DNA from: the human T2T-CHM13v2.0 reference genome, Homo sapiens
Reading direction: 5' to 3' (one strand)
Assembly (NCBI RefSeq): GCF_009914755.1
Contig: NC_060926.1
DNA length: 64,000 bases
The notes under the pieces were generated by a model that had not been told where the DNA came from, searched no databases, and worked only from the letters and a program-made list of their open reading frames with translations. Both the position numbers and the translations under genes were made by a program. Position 1 is the first letter of the stretch; every line of letters begins with the position of its first letter. Of this stretch, positions 13,487 to 28,729 are shown piece after piece.

Positions 13487-16400
13487 ATTGCATTCCAGAA
13501 GCAATATTTTGCACCCTGAGTGCCTTTCCCCACTAGGTTTCTTGGCTCTGTTGGGTATAACAAGAATGAACCAATGCCTATGATTAACGTTCAGACTACA
13601 GCCTTTCAAAGACAAGGATACAGTAGTCAGGAAAGTTGATATTAGAGGCAGGATTCTCTGGTTCTCCCTCAGAAAACAGAATGCATCCGCCCCTAAAGTA
13701 AGGGCTTTCTAACCATGTGGTCCTCAGTCCTGTCTGGAAGCTTAGGGGTAGGCGTGCTGATGCTCTTAGCTTCCTGCAGCATCCTTCCAGGTGTTTCTCT
13801 AGTCCTCACCTCTGTCCTTGTACCTGTCTTAGTTACCAATGGATAATATTGAGTCTTCCTTTTCTGATTTCCAAATCTCATGGGAGGAACTCTTATTGGG
13901 CAACTCTATAGGACACAAGCACAGCAAAAAGGGATATTTACATAAGTTAAAATGATTTTTACCCCAATGAGTCCATTTAAATAAATTATATTTGAAGCCA
14001 CATGTTGAAAACACATCCAGCTTTATTTTCTTATTAATGCAAATTTACATTTGCAAATATTTTCAGGATTGTAAAGTTTGAAAACATAATTATTTGTTCA
14101 TGGAATGATCAAACCCTTCTATAATTAAATGGAGTAAACATTTTCTTGAAAATGTGTACTCACTGAAATAAAGGAATATATTTAAAATGTGTGAAGCTAT
14201 GTTAGAAATTATTGGACTTAAATTCAACTGTGCAGTTTGATTTGGGATGTTGTTCACTCCTGTGACCTGCCACAAGAATCTTCTGTCATGTGTAGTCACT
14301 GCTGTTCAGCCTTGTCCTCAGACAATTCATATCTGTAGTCTGAAGGTGAGCTCAGTGCCCTGCAGAGGAACGACTCATCAGAGCCCTTCCTTGGTCAGCC
14401 AGAGGATTGTGAACGTGAGCATCCACGAACACGAAAACAAATGTTTACTGTTTTCTGTCACTGAGTTGTGTATTTAACCAGTAACCAATCATTATGCATA
14501 AAGGCTTCCTGATACGGTATTTACACCTCTACGTGTATATAAACATATGTATTTTTTTCTTAAATTGGTGGTATAAATGTGAATATTTAGTGATCAATTT
14601 ATGAAGTTATTAAGAGAAAATTAAGAACAGAATTAAAACTAGTATTTCAATAAAAAATTAAAATTTACCTTATTTATGGAAAAATGTGCATATATATAAG
14701 ATACATAGAAGTGAATATATATTTGTTTGATAAAATGTTGGCTACAAATATATATAGTATTCATATTTAAGCACATTTATTCTATTATGTATGCAATACT
14801 CTTGCTACAGAAAATTTCTTTGTAGCCTTTATTTTTAAAACTTTACCAAATGGTTGACCTTACCTAAAATATTTTTCCAACCCAGTAGAGCTCCAAGGGT
14901 AGGACTAGAGCAAATTTTGACTAATGTTGAATATTAACCATTGCATCCTATGAAAGTCTCCATTATGTTCATGCCCACAATGATGATAGGCCAAATAGAG
15001 TTCTCACAACAATGCATGCTGGATGGAGTCACATTAGTGTCATTGTCAAAGAAGCACTGGAAATGTAAAAATCCTAACCGTGGGTAAACTGCAATGGTTA
15101 CATCTGATGATCCCATTGCAAGATAACAGCAGTTTAATAAATATTGGCTGTTGGTTTTGACAGATCATCAAGTCTTAAAATAAATGCAACAGGCTGATTT
15201 CAGACAAAGTCATTCTGCAAAAGCTATGACCAGACATTTCAAAAATGAGCCATAATAAAAAAAAATGCTTTCCAAGTGAATATTAAGTGAAATGCCATTA
15301 ACAAGCAGGGGCTTTTAATAATCAGGATGATTCAACACATGGACTTCAGTCAATCACCTTTCCCAGCTTCCCCAGGTAGCCTCATGAACCAATGTTAATA
15401 AGGTCCCTGTGGGGACTCAGTAATGTGAGTTTCAACTAACTGAGATGTACAGGGCTATTGGCTCTTCTGAACACCTAATTTGCCAAGAAAACTGATGCCT
15501 CTTGAACCCTTAACATTGTACCACACATCAGGGCTCAGACTAACAGCTGGTGTCAGGTGATTCTAGTGGACCTCATGCAACATGAGGAAGGCACTGGTTA
15601 TTTGCAATATATGAATTTGCCTTCTTTTTCGGTTATGTTTCTGCATAAAATATTATTTGAGGATTTTCCAAGTGTTTTCATCAGAGTCAGGAATTTCTTC
15701 CATAATATGGCTTTGGATCAAGCAGTTTATTGACCTCAAAAAAAGTGAAGCAAAGTGTAGCTCATGATCTTGTCATGTGCACAGGTGCAGCTTACCCTAT
15801 AGACAAAGAAAAACCCATTATTAGTCAAGCAACGCTGGCACACAAACTCTTGTGCTATTGCATTGTTATGCTGTCAGATGTGGTGGAGGCTCTGAAACAC
15901 TGTTACTCTCATGAACAGAATATTTATATATTGAAAATGAGCTGTAGACTCATCATTGCTATGCCCACTGAACAGCTTGAAATACTCTATTTCTATTTTC
16001 TCAGGGCTGTGGTTTTCTGGCTGATGGTTCTTAATCCAAACAGTTGACATGACAATTACTGCATGAAATTGGAAGAAATGATATGATAAGCATGTGACCA
16101 TTCAGACTCAATACAATACTGGATAAGTTGTCAACACAGGGCGTTCAGATGTGTGCTGGGACCATAGATCTAGCCCGTATAAAGCAAGAGCAAACATAAT
16201 TGACTTTACATATTTTAGAGAGGAAGTACAGAAAATATGGACCCTAGGGGACCTTCTGGAATCTTTCTATTTATTGCCATTTCCACTGGTAAAACTTAGA
16301 GAAGATGTCAACAGTCATTAGGATGAAGTTCTAGGGATCACAGTCATGTGAAGCATTACTTGCACTTGGATCTCCAGTGAGGCAAAGGGAAGATGAAATG

Positions 16401-17340
16401 CATAGTGGGATGTGGAGGGGTAAACACCAGAGACAGACACCTGGTCAGCTTCAACGTTGAAAAGTGTATTTATTTTTTCTCTTTAGTTTTATCACTGAAT
16501 CATCTGGATCTAAGAAAAGCGATTATGGCTGGTTAGGCAGAAAGGTGTTTATTATCATGAATTAAATGGATTGAAAACATTTGGGGAAACCAGAGTGGAA
16601 GCTCAGGCAACTCCAAGTACTCCTTTTGCTATTGCTTGACCTTCTTCGTCTCCATATTTTCCACAGTCAAGAAAGATACTCCCATTTTATAGGAACCTGG
16701 CAAGTGAAGATATTGTGCCCACAGGACTGTGCTGCCTGGCTGTGACTCAGACCAGGAAAATGAGCACATTTGAGTGAGATCAGGCATTTCCCCTCCTTCA
16801 TCTCAATCCAAAACGACTCTGTAGTAACACATCTGATGGGCAGTCAGAGAAAGGGGTCAGATTTCTAGCAGTTGACAGTTGATACCAGAGCTGCTGTCCT
16901 TCTGGGGGCAGTAGTGAGAAGAGCCGCTCTCTCTTCTGCTGCAAGAGACAGCTTGAATGTGGAGTCTCAGACAGCAGGAGGAGCTCCCCCGACCTGTGCC
17001 AGCAGTACGATTCTTGGAATTGTTCTAGAGGCTTTGACTGGAGCCTGTTTTTTAAGGCTTTTCAACAATTTGTAAGGAATTTAATAACCTCTAGTAAATC
17101 CCTTTTTGCTTCATGGATTTGACATTTGCAACAGGGAATATACGCAGTCCGCAGTGACATCATTCACAGCCTCCTTTATTCTTGCTAAATATAATGCTTT
17201 CCAGGTGGACCTGCCAGAGGAAGCCGATATGAACAACAATCCATGTCACCAAAAATGCAAGACAAATAAGCTCGGGAAAGCCACTGGATTCTTACGTAGC
17301 TGCACTGTCCCCCTGAGTCTTTTTTTTTTTTTTTTTTTTG

Positions 17341-19290
17341 GTCACCTTAGTCAAAAGCATGAACAAATTTGACAACTTTGAATGGAGCCCTTTGCAACGG
17401 TAGCCTTGGAATCTATTCAACTATACATGTCCAAGGCATTTCTTTAAGACCTTTAGAGCCTGCTTGTTCTATGTAAATCCAGGTGTCCACTATTTCTAGG
17501 CATGCTGACTGGAGTCTGTGGCAATGTAAAATTGTCACTGGGTGCACCAGACTTAGATTTTGGAGACAAATGTTTCCTGAAGCAGCCATCATTTGTGCCT
17601 CTTTTGAATGGCAACTCCTTACTTGCTGTAGGAAACTGATAGGGCCTGAGTATCTCAGAGCTAGAGGACCAGGAGTGACACTGCTATCTTAACTACAGAT
17701 TCTCACTTTGGTGCCTACAAACACAATCAATAAAACTGGACAGGCCCAACAGATCCAAATTACTAAATGGAAATGTTACAGTCAGAATCAGCCCTAACCA
17801 GGATGCCACAATACCCATGTGCCCCATAAACAAATGACAAGCTTGCAAGAAGGGAACAAATGACCCACAGGGGACAATTCAGCTTCTCCTTTGGCCACAT
17901 AGAGTCAAAGATTCAAAGACATGCCTATGTCAGTATGGCATGGGGCCCTGATGATTGTACAAAACACATGCCAGTGGGTCCACTGGGTGTGGCCACCATC
18001 CAGCCAGGGGATGGCATCTTTTGATTGACACTAAACATGGCCATTCTGCCCAATGGGCCAAACTGCATGCAATGATAGCAGCCATGCAGGCTGCCCCTAA
18101 CACTATATTTTGCTCCATTTCCATTAAATCATGGGCCACTTTCAACAACCCATTCATCTGGTCAGGAAAACAGCAACTGAGCGACTGAACTATTAAAGGA
18201 TCCCCTGTGTGGAGAAAAGGACTATGGCAATAGCTTGCTTCCTGGACTGCTAAATATATGTCACTCTATTAGATGCTGGGGCTACAATGGCCACCCTTGA
18301 GAGGAATTTATGTCATATTTTGGATACTCCATGAGACTTCACTCTGACCAAGAAACAACCTCACTGCCCAATCAGCGTGACAATGGGCACATTCTCGTGG
18401 AACATAACGGATGTTCCATGTAATTACCAACACCCAACACTGCCTTCTGTACCTGGATAAACACCTCAGGTATCCTAGAAATATAAGTAGAGGTGATCCT
18501 GATGCAGGCTCAATGGCTGCAGACAATGGGGCATCTGAAAGATCCCCCTTTCACCTCTTTGGCATCTTAATTTCTTGATCATGGGATCCTAGACTAGGTC
18601 ACTGCTTTCGGGGGTCTTATCCTCCTGCCAGTGGTAGTACCCTTCCTTAGACCAGCGAAATGTACTCTCACTATGGCTTAATAATCTGCACTGAGGTTGT
18701 GTAAATCAAGGTGCTTCGTCAATCTGAAGAGATAAACCTCTGCCTTCAGTTTGGGGGAAATTGGTGGGCGTAGGAAATATGCTAGCTTTACTAAGGGGGA
18801 TGTCTAGGTGGTGGGGTAACTGCAAGACAGTTCTCCAATGACCCTGGGCTGACTTAGTTCTCTCCACTTTCTTGATTATTTTAAGAGTTCTCAAGAATAA
18901 TTGTAGAATGTGCTGGAATTGTAACATCCTGAGATAGAGAGGAACTGGCCAGAACAGCCTACCTGTGCTGTATTCCAGTTTCTCATAGAATGGAATGTTC
19001 TTAAGCACGTTAGCCCTGTGCGTCTCATTACCCCAGGATATAAAACCCAGAGTGTCTGCTTTTCCGGGTTCCTGAGCTGTGATGCAAGCGGGGTACACAC
19101 AGTCGACTCTATCAGCTCCACATAACTTTCGCATGCCTTGGGGGACTGATCCATAATGAGTCCAAGAGTTTTGTGATCCCTTGCTGCTTATCTGTAATAA
19201 TAAACCCCCTTCATGTAACTTGCTGTGTGGGGGTGTTGTGTTCCTCGCGCTCAGGTACGTTGGTAACCAGTGTACAGTGAACCTGCTTCA
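17341..19290 (+). mobile_element. ERVL-type provirus remnant: pol pieces, env tail, PPT and 3' LTR at 18801-19290 (LTR47-like)
   Basis: RNase H-like remnant TKHGHSAQWAKLHA in ORF 17955-18188; PPT AAGGGGGA followed by a TG...CA LTR with TATAAAA and AATAAA. Confidence 0.65.
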
Positions 19291-19638
19291 AAGATGTCAC
19301 TGACATAGAGGCAGAACTGGAATGGAGGTTGCTAGGGATAAGGATACAGGAAATGGGGGGAGTATTGTTTAAGGGGTATAGATATTAGTTTTTATAAGAC
19401 GAAAAGAATTCTGGAGACAGTATCGGTAATAATAGCAGAACATGTGAATATGCTTAATGCCACTGCACTGCACTTTTAAATATGGTTAAGATAGACAATT
19501 TCATGTTCTCTGTATTTTCTACAGTTAAATAATTGACATCTTTATTATAGTATTGTTAGCTCAGAAGACATTGCTTTATTTTGTAATTTTCTTAGCCAAT
19601 GTTCATAAATAATCACTTCTTGATGCCACTGTTCACAA

Positions 19639-19640
<2 letters not shown>

Positions 19641-19671
<31 letters not shown>
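19641..19671. repeat. (TG)15 microsatellite abutting an antisense Alu monomer (~19678-19787)
   Basis: Read directly. Confidence 0.95.
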
Positions 19672-19673
<2 letters not shown>

Positions 19674-20439
19674 ACATGTGGTCTCCCTATGTTGCCCAGG
19701 CTGGTATCAAGTTCTTGGCCTTACGTGATCCTTCCTCCTTGGTCTCTCAAAGTGCTGAGATTACAGGTGTGAGCCCGAGCACCCTGCCATAAGAAAAAAT
19801 GTATAAGACATTTCATAGGGGACTTCTTCAAAATATATATTTCATTGCAGCCACATCCAAAGCCAATCTCCTAAGCCATGTTTCTGTACACAAGTGCACT
19901 TCTCCCTCTGTGATGTCACATCCCCTCAGCATAAAGTCACACAGACACATAGGAGAACAAGGCAAGGAGTCAACCCAACTTTATGAGTAGAAATCACTGC
20001 AAAGATCTGGCATTAATAGGGTTTAGGTGTTGCAGCACTTCTCCACTAGCAAAACACTCTGATTTGTCTTCCTGGATTGTTTTCTCAAAGGTTTCCTAAT
20101 ATTTAATGCTAAAGCTGAGATTAGAACCTTTTTATCCCGAGTCTAGCTGAATGCTATTTCACTCAAAATGTATTGTCTTAAGGAGTATGATAATAAATAT
20201 TGAATAATGCCTGTTACTACTACCAATATTCCCTTTAGATCTCCTGTTATCATCCTAAATATCATTACTTAGAAAAAGTGTTTAAAAGGGGGTTAAGACA
20301 ATATTGATCCTGTTTTCAATATTCTGATACAAGTCAAGCACCCACAAAAGTCAAGGAAATTGTAAGGAAAACATGACTTAATGATCATTAGCCATTCTGG
20401 TCACTGTTGAGTGATGATTAAGAAAAAGTCTTAAAAACA

Positions 20440-21070
20440 AGTAGCTGAAACATTGAGAATTCTCATCAATTCTGGGCTGAGATGTAAAATGGTATAACCA
20501 CTTTGGAAAACAGTATGACAGAGTATTAAACACTTACTGTAAGACCCAGTAACTGCACTCCTAGGTATTTGCCTAAAAGAAATAAAGAAATATTCATGCA
20601 AAGCCTTGTATAATGCCATTCGTGGTAGCTTTATCCATAATAGCCCAAAGTGGAAACAACCCACATGGTCATCAGCAGGTGATGGGATACATTGTGAAAT
20701 TACTACATATTTAAATAGTACTCAAAAGTAAAGAGTAACACATCACGAGGACACAAGGCAACATGAATGAGCCTAGGAAACAATTATGCTGCACGAAAGT
20801 CACCAGCCACAAAAGAATATGTGCTATATTCCTTTATGTGAAATTCTTAAAAAGATAGTGGAATCTATACTAACAATAAGCTGAATAAGGATGGTCTGTT
20901 CTGTGAGGTGGAAGCAAGTTGATTGCTGAAGAGCAGGACAAAACTTTTTGGAGGTACAGAAATGTTGTGTGTATTGATTTTGCTTCCAAGAATGTATTTA
21001 TTTATTAAACCCAACAGTACACTTAAAATCAGTGTATTTGATTGGAATCTTTTTTTTCAATAAAATTGGT
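20440..21070 (+). mobile_element. Old L1 (L1ME-like) 3' fragment; paralogue at ~46520-47140
   Basis: AAAATGGTATAACCACTTTGGAAAAC..CTCCTAGGTATTT..TGGAAACAACCCA motifs. Confidence 0.7.
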
Positions 21071-21791
21071 TAACAGTGAATAGTGAATAATTGCAAATCC
21101 AATTAAGTAACATTGTCTTCACATCTTTTATTCTTGCAGTGTCCTGGAAGCTATATGAGCCAAAAGTTATTTCTGGGAGATAATCTCAGCCTGACACTAA
21201 AGAACTGTGTATCTTCTGGCAAGAGCTCACTTTTCTAGGTATTTTTGGATTTTTCCAAGAATTTAAATATATTTCATAGGTTAAATCAAAATGGTAGGCT
21301 TTTAATACACATTTTTTATTTATATCAACTAAAATTCTAAGCAATAAAAAGTCATTAAAAATTGGTAAAGAATTTAAATGTGAAGAAATATTTTTTAAGT
21401 TAGGGGAAGAGATCCAACATACCTTATAGTTCATATACATTTTTCAGAAATTAAAATTACCTATCAAGAGTTTTTATAAAAACTGTAACACTTTTTACAA
21501 TGTGTGTTCACTAAATGTGCAGATATACAGTGGGATTGCATTTTTCTTTTATTCTTAAGATATTTATTTTTATATTCACAATGGATATCAGCCTTTAATT
21601 TCTTTGTTTCGTTATGTGCATATTAATTTTTGGACTACAGGACATTATGACCTCCTATAATAATTCTGAGAGTATTTTTTATTCACTTGAATCTTTGTGT
21701 AACTTTGATAAGTACCATGTCACTAACTACCAAATATAAAATTGGAGTTTTCTGTCTGGGTAAATTTTCATTACAGATTTCTTGTTACTTT

Positions 21792-24382
<2,591 letters not shown>

Positions 24383-26321
24383 TTGTAGCTTTGAATTTTA
24401 AACATCTATTTGACAAGAAATGCATAGTTCCTTCTCTTTAAAATAATGTAATGTTTCTTTCAAGAGTAAGCTTGGTTTGATGCCTCTCTCCCCAACATGA
24501 TAGAAGTGTAGCATAAATCTATGAAAAATTCCATTTCACTGTGCCTACAACCACTACCTGGGATTGAAAGCTTCTTCCCTTGCTCTAGTCCTTTCTTCTA
24601 CACTTACTTCCACATCATCTGTGACTCAAAACAATACTTGTCAGGAAAGATCCTGGAAAGAGCAAAAAAGACTTCCTTAGAGGTGTCAGAGATTCCTGTG
24701 CCACTATCTGTCATCTCTAGAAGGGGTTGTGAGTATGAGGAAGAGCAGAGCTTGTAAATTTTCTACTTGCTTTCACTTCCACTGTATTTCCTAACAACAA
24801 CAACCACAGCAACACCCATAACATCACAGGACAAACCTCTAGTACTTCCAAGGCTTTAGTCTCAGTAAATCTTCTCTACCTCCATCACAGCAGCTAGAAG
24901 GTTTGATACTCATACAAATAGTACTGTAGCTTTCTGTTCATAATTGGAAAAATAGACAAGACCCAATGTAATACAGGCTTTCCTTCAGCCAGTTAGCGTT
25001 CAGTTTTTGGATCACCATTGCACACATATACCCAGCATATGTCTAATATATATGTAGAAATCCGTGAAGCAAGAGTTATAATAGCTTGTGTTTTCTATTG
25101 TATTGTATTTTCCTCTTATATCATCTTCTTCTTCGTTCATTAAAAAAAAACTGTTCAAGTAGGTCTAAATTACTTATTGGACCATAAGTAGATAAAATCT
25201 TTTATTTCATAACACATTGACCCGATGAATATGTTTCTTTGCCAGACATAGTCCTCATTTCCAAGGTAACAAGCCTGAAAAAATTATACTGGAGCAAGTC
25301 AACAGGTAATGATGGTAGCTTTTCCTTATTGTCCTGGGGCAACAATAAGACAAAAGATAACAGGGTAGAATAAAGATTGTGTAAGAAAGAAGGACAGCAA
25401 CAGGACATGGGAACCTTTTATAGAGTAACATTTTGATAATGGATGATGAGAATTAATGCGTTAGACAGGGATGGGTGGGAATGATTGAAGGTGTGAGTAC
25501 TTTAGCACAGATTAAGACCAAATCATTAGGATTTAAAGAGTTGTGTAGAGTTAGTGAAGGAAAAGCCTTAGAATTAAATTTGGCTGTGGATAAAACATTC
25601 TTGGATTAGACTGAAGACTCTTTTCTGTGCTAAGTAAGTATATTTATGATAATGATGATGACTGTAGTGCTAAATATTTAATAAATAAAAACAAAATTAA
25701 TTGCCACATACATAATGTCCTGAATACTATTGTAAATGTTTTATCTTATTTTCTTTAAACTGTCTACAGCACTATAAGGTAGGTACCAGTATTGTCACAG
25801 TTACACAGATATGGAAACCGAGACACAGGGAAGTTAAGTTACTTGATCAATTTCAAGCAATCGGCAAGCCATGGAGCATCTATGTCAGGGCTGCCAGGAC
25901 ATGTGACTGTAAACAGAAGTTTTTCACTTTTTAACTCAAAGAGGGTATGTGGCTGGGTTAATGGAAAGCTTCAGGACCCTCAGAAAACATTACTAACAAG
26001 CAAATGAAAGGTGTATCTGGAAGATTAAGTTCTAACAGATTCTTCATTTCCATCGATCCAATAATGCACTTAGGGAGATGACTGGGCATATTGAGGATAG
26101 GAAGAGAGAAGTGAAAACACAGCTTTTTATATTGTTCTTAACAGGCTTGTGCCAAACATCTTCTGGGTGGATTTAGGTGATTGAGGAGAAGAAAGACACA
26201 GGAGCGAAATTCTCTGAGCACAATGGAGGAGTTCTACACTCAGACTGAGCCAACAGACTTTTCTGACCTGACAACCAGGGCGGCGCAGGATGCTCAGTGC
26301 AGAGAGGAAGAAGCAGGTGGT

Positions 26322-26364
26322 CTTTGCATCTGGAAGCTCAGCTCCCACCCCAGCTGCTTTGCAT
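26322..26364 (+). promoter_or_regulatory. Vk3 promoter: variant octamer CTTTGCAT (26357-26364) next to E-box CAGCTG (26351-26356); second CTTTGCAT at 26322-26329
   Basis: Motifs read directly, ~95-135 bp upstream of the ATG at 26458. Confidence 0.8.
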
Positions 26365-26457
26365 GTCCCTCCCAGCTGCCCTACCTTCCAGGGCCCATAT
26401 CAATGCCTGGGTCAGAGCTCTGGGGAGGAACTGCTCAGTTAGGACCCAGACGGAACC

Positions 26458-26973
26458 ATGGAAGCCCCAGCGCAGCTTCTCTTCCTCCTGCTACTCTGGC
26501 TCCCAGGTGAGGGGAATATGAGGTGGTTTTGCACATCAGTGAAAACTCCTGCCACCTCTGCTCAGCAAGAAATATAATTAAAATTCAATGTAGATCAACA
26601 ATTTTGGCTCTACTCAAAGACAGTGGGTTTGATTTTGATTACATGAGTGCATTTCTGTTTTATTTCCAATTTCAGATACCACTGGAGAAATAGTGATGAC
26701 GCAGTCTCCAGCCACCCTGTCTGTGTCTCCAGGGGAAAGAGCCACCCTCTCCTGCAGGGCCAGTCAGAGTGTTAGCAGCAACTTAGCCTGGTACCAGCAG
26801 AAACCTGGCCAGGCTCCCAGGCTCCTCATCTATGGTGCATCCATCAGGGCCACTGGCATCCCAGCCAGGTTCAGTGGCAGTGGGTCTGGGACAGAGTTCA
26901 CTCTCACCATCAGCATCCTGCAGTCTGAAGATTTTGCAGTTTATTACTGTCAGCAGTATAATAACTGGCCTCC
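26458..26973 (+). CDS. IGKV3D-15: Ig kappa V3 gene segment, functional: L-part1 26458-26506, intron 26507-26675, L-part2 26676-26686, V-region 26687-26973
   Basis: Leader [20 protein letters not shown]. Mature [35 protein letters not shown]...[13 protein letters not shown]...[22 protein letters not shown]. Open frame; lies downstream of 1D-16. Confidence 0.93.
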
Positions 26974-27001
26974 CACAGTGATTCAACATGAAACAAAAAC
27001 C
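26974..27001 (+). other. 12-RSS of IGKV3D-15 (consensus)
   Basis: CACAGTG + ATTCAACATGAA + ACAAAAACC. Confidence 0.96.
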
Positions 27002-28415
27002 TCAAGAAGACCATCAGTGTTTACTAGATTATACCAGCTGCTTCCTTTACAGACAGCTAGTGTGGTGGCCACTCAGTTTTAGCATCTCTGCTCTATTTGG
27101 CCATTTTGGAGCTCAAGTTCTCAAGTCCAAAATTACTTATGTTATTCCATTACATCATACCATTTCAGTGTGGCTATTACATTCATTTAAACGCATTTCA
27201 GAAGGCATCTCTGTTTATGGCATCACAAAGAGTTTAATAAATCTGTGCAAGAATAAACAACAAACACACCTATAAATATAAAGCTGAAATATCAAAACTA
27301 TTTCAGCACTCTGAAAATTGGCAAAGCATAAAATAATTAAGGATGCATATTTTTTATAGAAAAAAAAAGTACTAGTGCTTTGAGTAAGGACAGAAAATGT
27401 CTGTAGCCTTTTGCCTGTGACAGCACCCTTCTATTCCCAGCTCAGTCAATATGAATTGCAGAACTGGAGTTTTACCCATGTAAGGATAGCAAATAAAACT
27501 GGCAGCTTGCTGCCAAAGTGGGTGGACTTGAGTAAAGCCAAGGAGTGGGAAATAATTCTTCAGTGTTTCCAGCTAAACAGGGAGAACACCATAGGAAATG
27601 AACAGAAAAAGCCCACAGCCTTGCTAGTCCAAGATGATGCCTTGTTTGAGGCAAGTAGTACATCTGCTGATAGTAAATAGCAGATTCCTGGATAAGATAG
27701 ACCCACATTGCTGAAATAATCTCTGCACATATTCCTAGTGACCTAGAAGTTATAGATATGAGTGATGAGAACTAGGAGTTTCCGGTGCAAAGTAAAACCA
27801 GAGGGAGGTAAGAACTAGCTGCATTTTGCATGCAGTTTGCTTTTTAAACTACACACAGATGGGTTGACAGAAGATAGATTTATAACCTCCAGATATTTGA
27901 GCAAAATGTCTCAGATCATTGGTGACCACTTCGCTATGCAGATACATGTGTAGTTCCTATAAAATCAAACTAAATATTAATATTAAGAACAGAAAGAAGC
28001 AGAGATATCTGTGGTCAAACGCCACATGAGATACAGATTTTTCTATATCTTGCATTGAAAATATATTTAATACATCTAATCCACTTAACATTATGCCTCA
28101 GCCTATCCTATCCTAAATATGCTCAGAACACTTACATTAGCTTACTGTTGGTCAACATTATCTTACACAAAGCTTATCTTACAATAAAGTGTTGAATACC
28201 TCATGTAATTTATTGAATACTATATTGAAAGAGAAAATAGAATAGTTGTGTAAATACTAGAATTTCTATTTCTACTTGAATGCATATCACATTCACACCA
28301 TCTGAAAGTCAAAACATTATAACTCCAACTGTCATAAGTCAGGTACTATCAGTAAGTTCAGACAAGAAACTAAGAAGAAAATTAAAAAATGATCAGAAAA
28401 ACAAAACAAATTCCA

Positions 28416-28727
28416 GGCCTGACATGGTGGCTCAAGCTTGTAATCCCAGTACTTTGGGAGGCTGATGCAGAAGGATTACTTGATGCCAGGAGTTCGAGAC
28501 CAGGCTGGGTGGGCAAAATAGTGACACTCTTATCTTACAATTAAAAAAAAAATAACAGAGAGTGGTGGCATGCCCCTATAGTCCCAGCTACTCAGGAGGA
28601 TGAAGCTGCAGAACCCCTGGACCCCCAGAGGTTGAGGCTGCAGCAAGCTATGGTCACAGCACCACACTCCAGCCTGGGTGAAAAAGTAAGACCCTATTTC
28701 TAAAAAAGTTAAAATTAAAATAAAAAA
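28416..28727 (+). mobile_element. Alu (J-type)
   Basis: Diverged dimer with the GAGGTTGAGGCTGCAG right-arm signature. Confidence 0.88.
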
Positions 28728-28729
28728 GC

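Larger units (their letters stand above)
15150..21290 (+). repeat. Segmental duplication block, diverged direct paralogue of ~40725-47365 (with large indels)
   Basis: Anchors GGTTTTGACAGATCATCA, CAGACTAACAGCTGGTGTCAGGTG and GACAGAGTATTAAACACTTACTG occur in both copies in the same order. Confidence 0.88.

Noticed and set aside
26272-26300. GC-rich ACCAGGGCGGCGC as a CTCF site
   Set aside because: Only a partial match by eye; it cannot be supported without a PWM scan or ChIP data.
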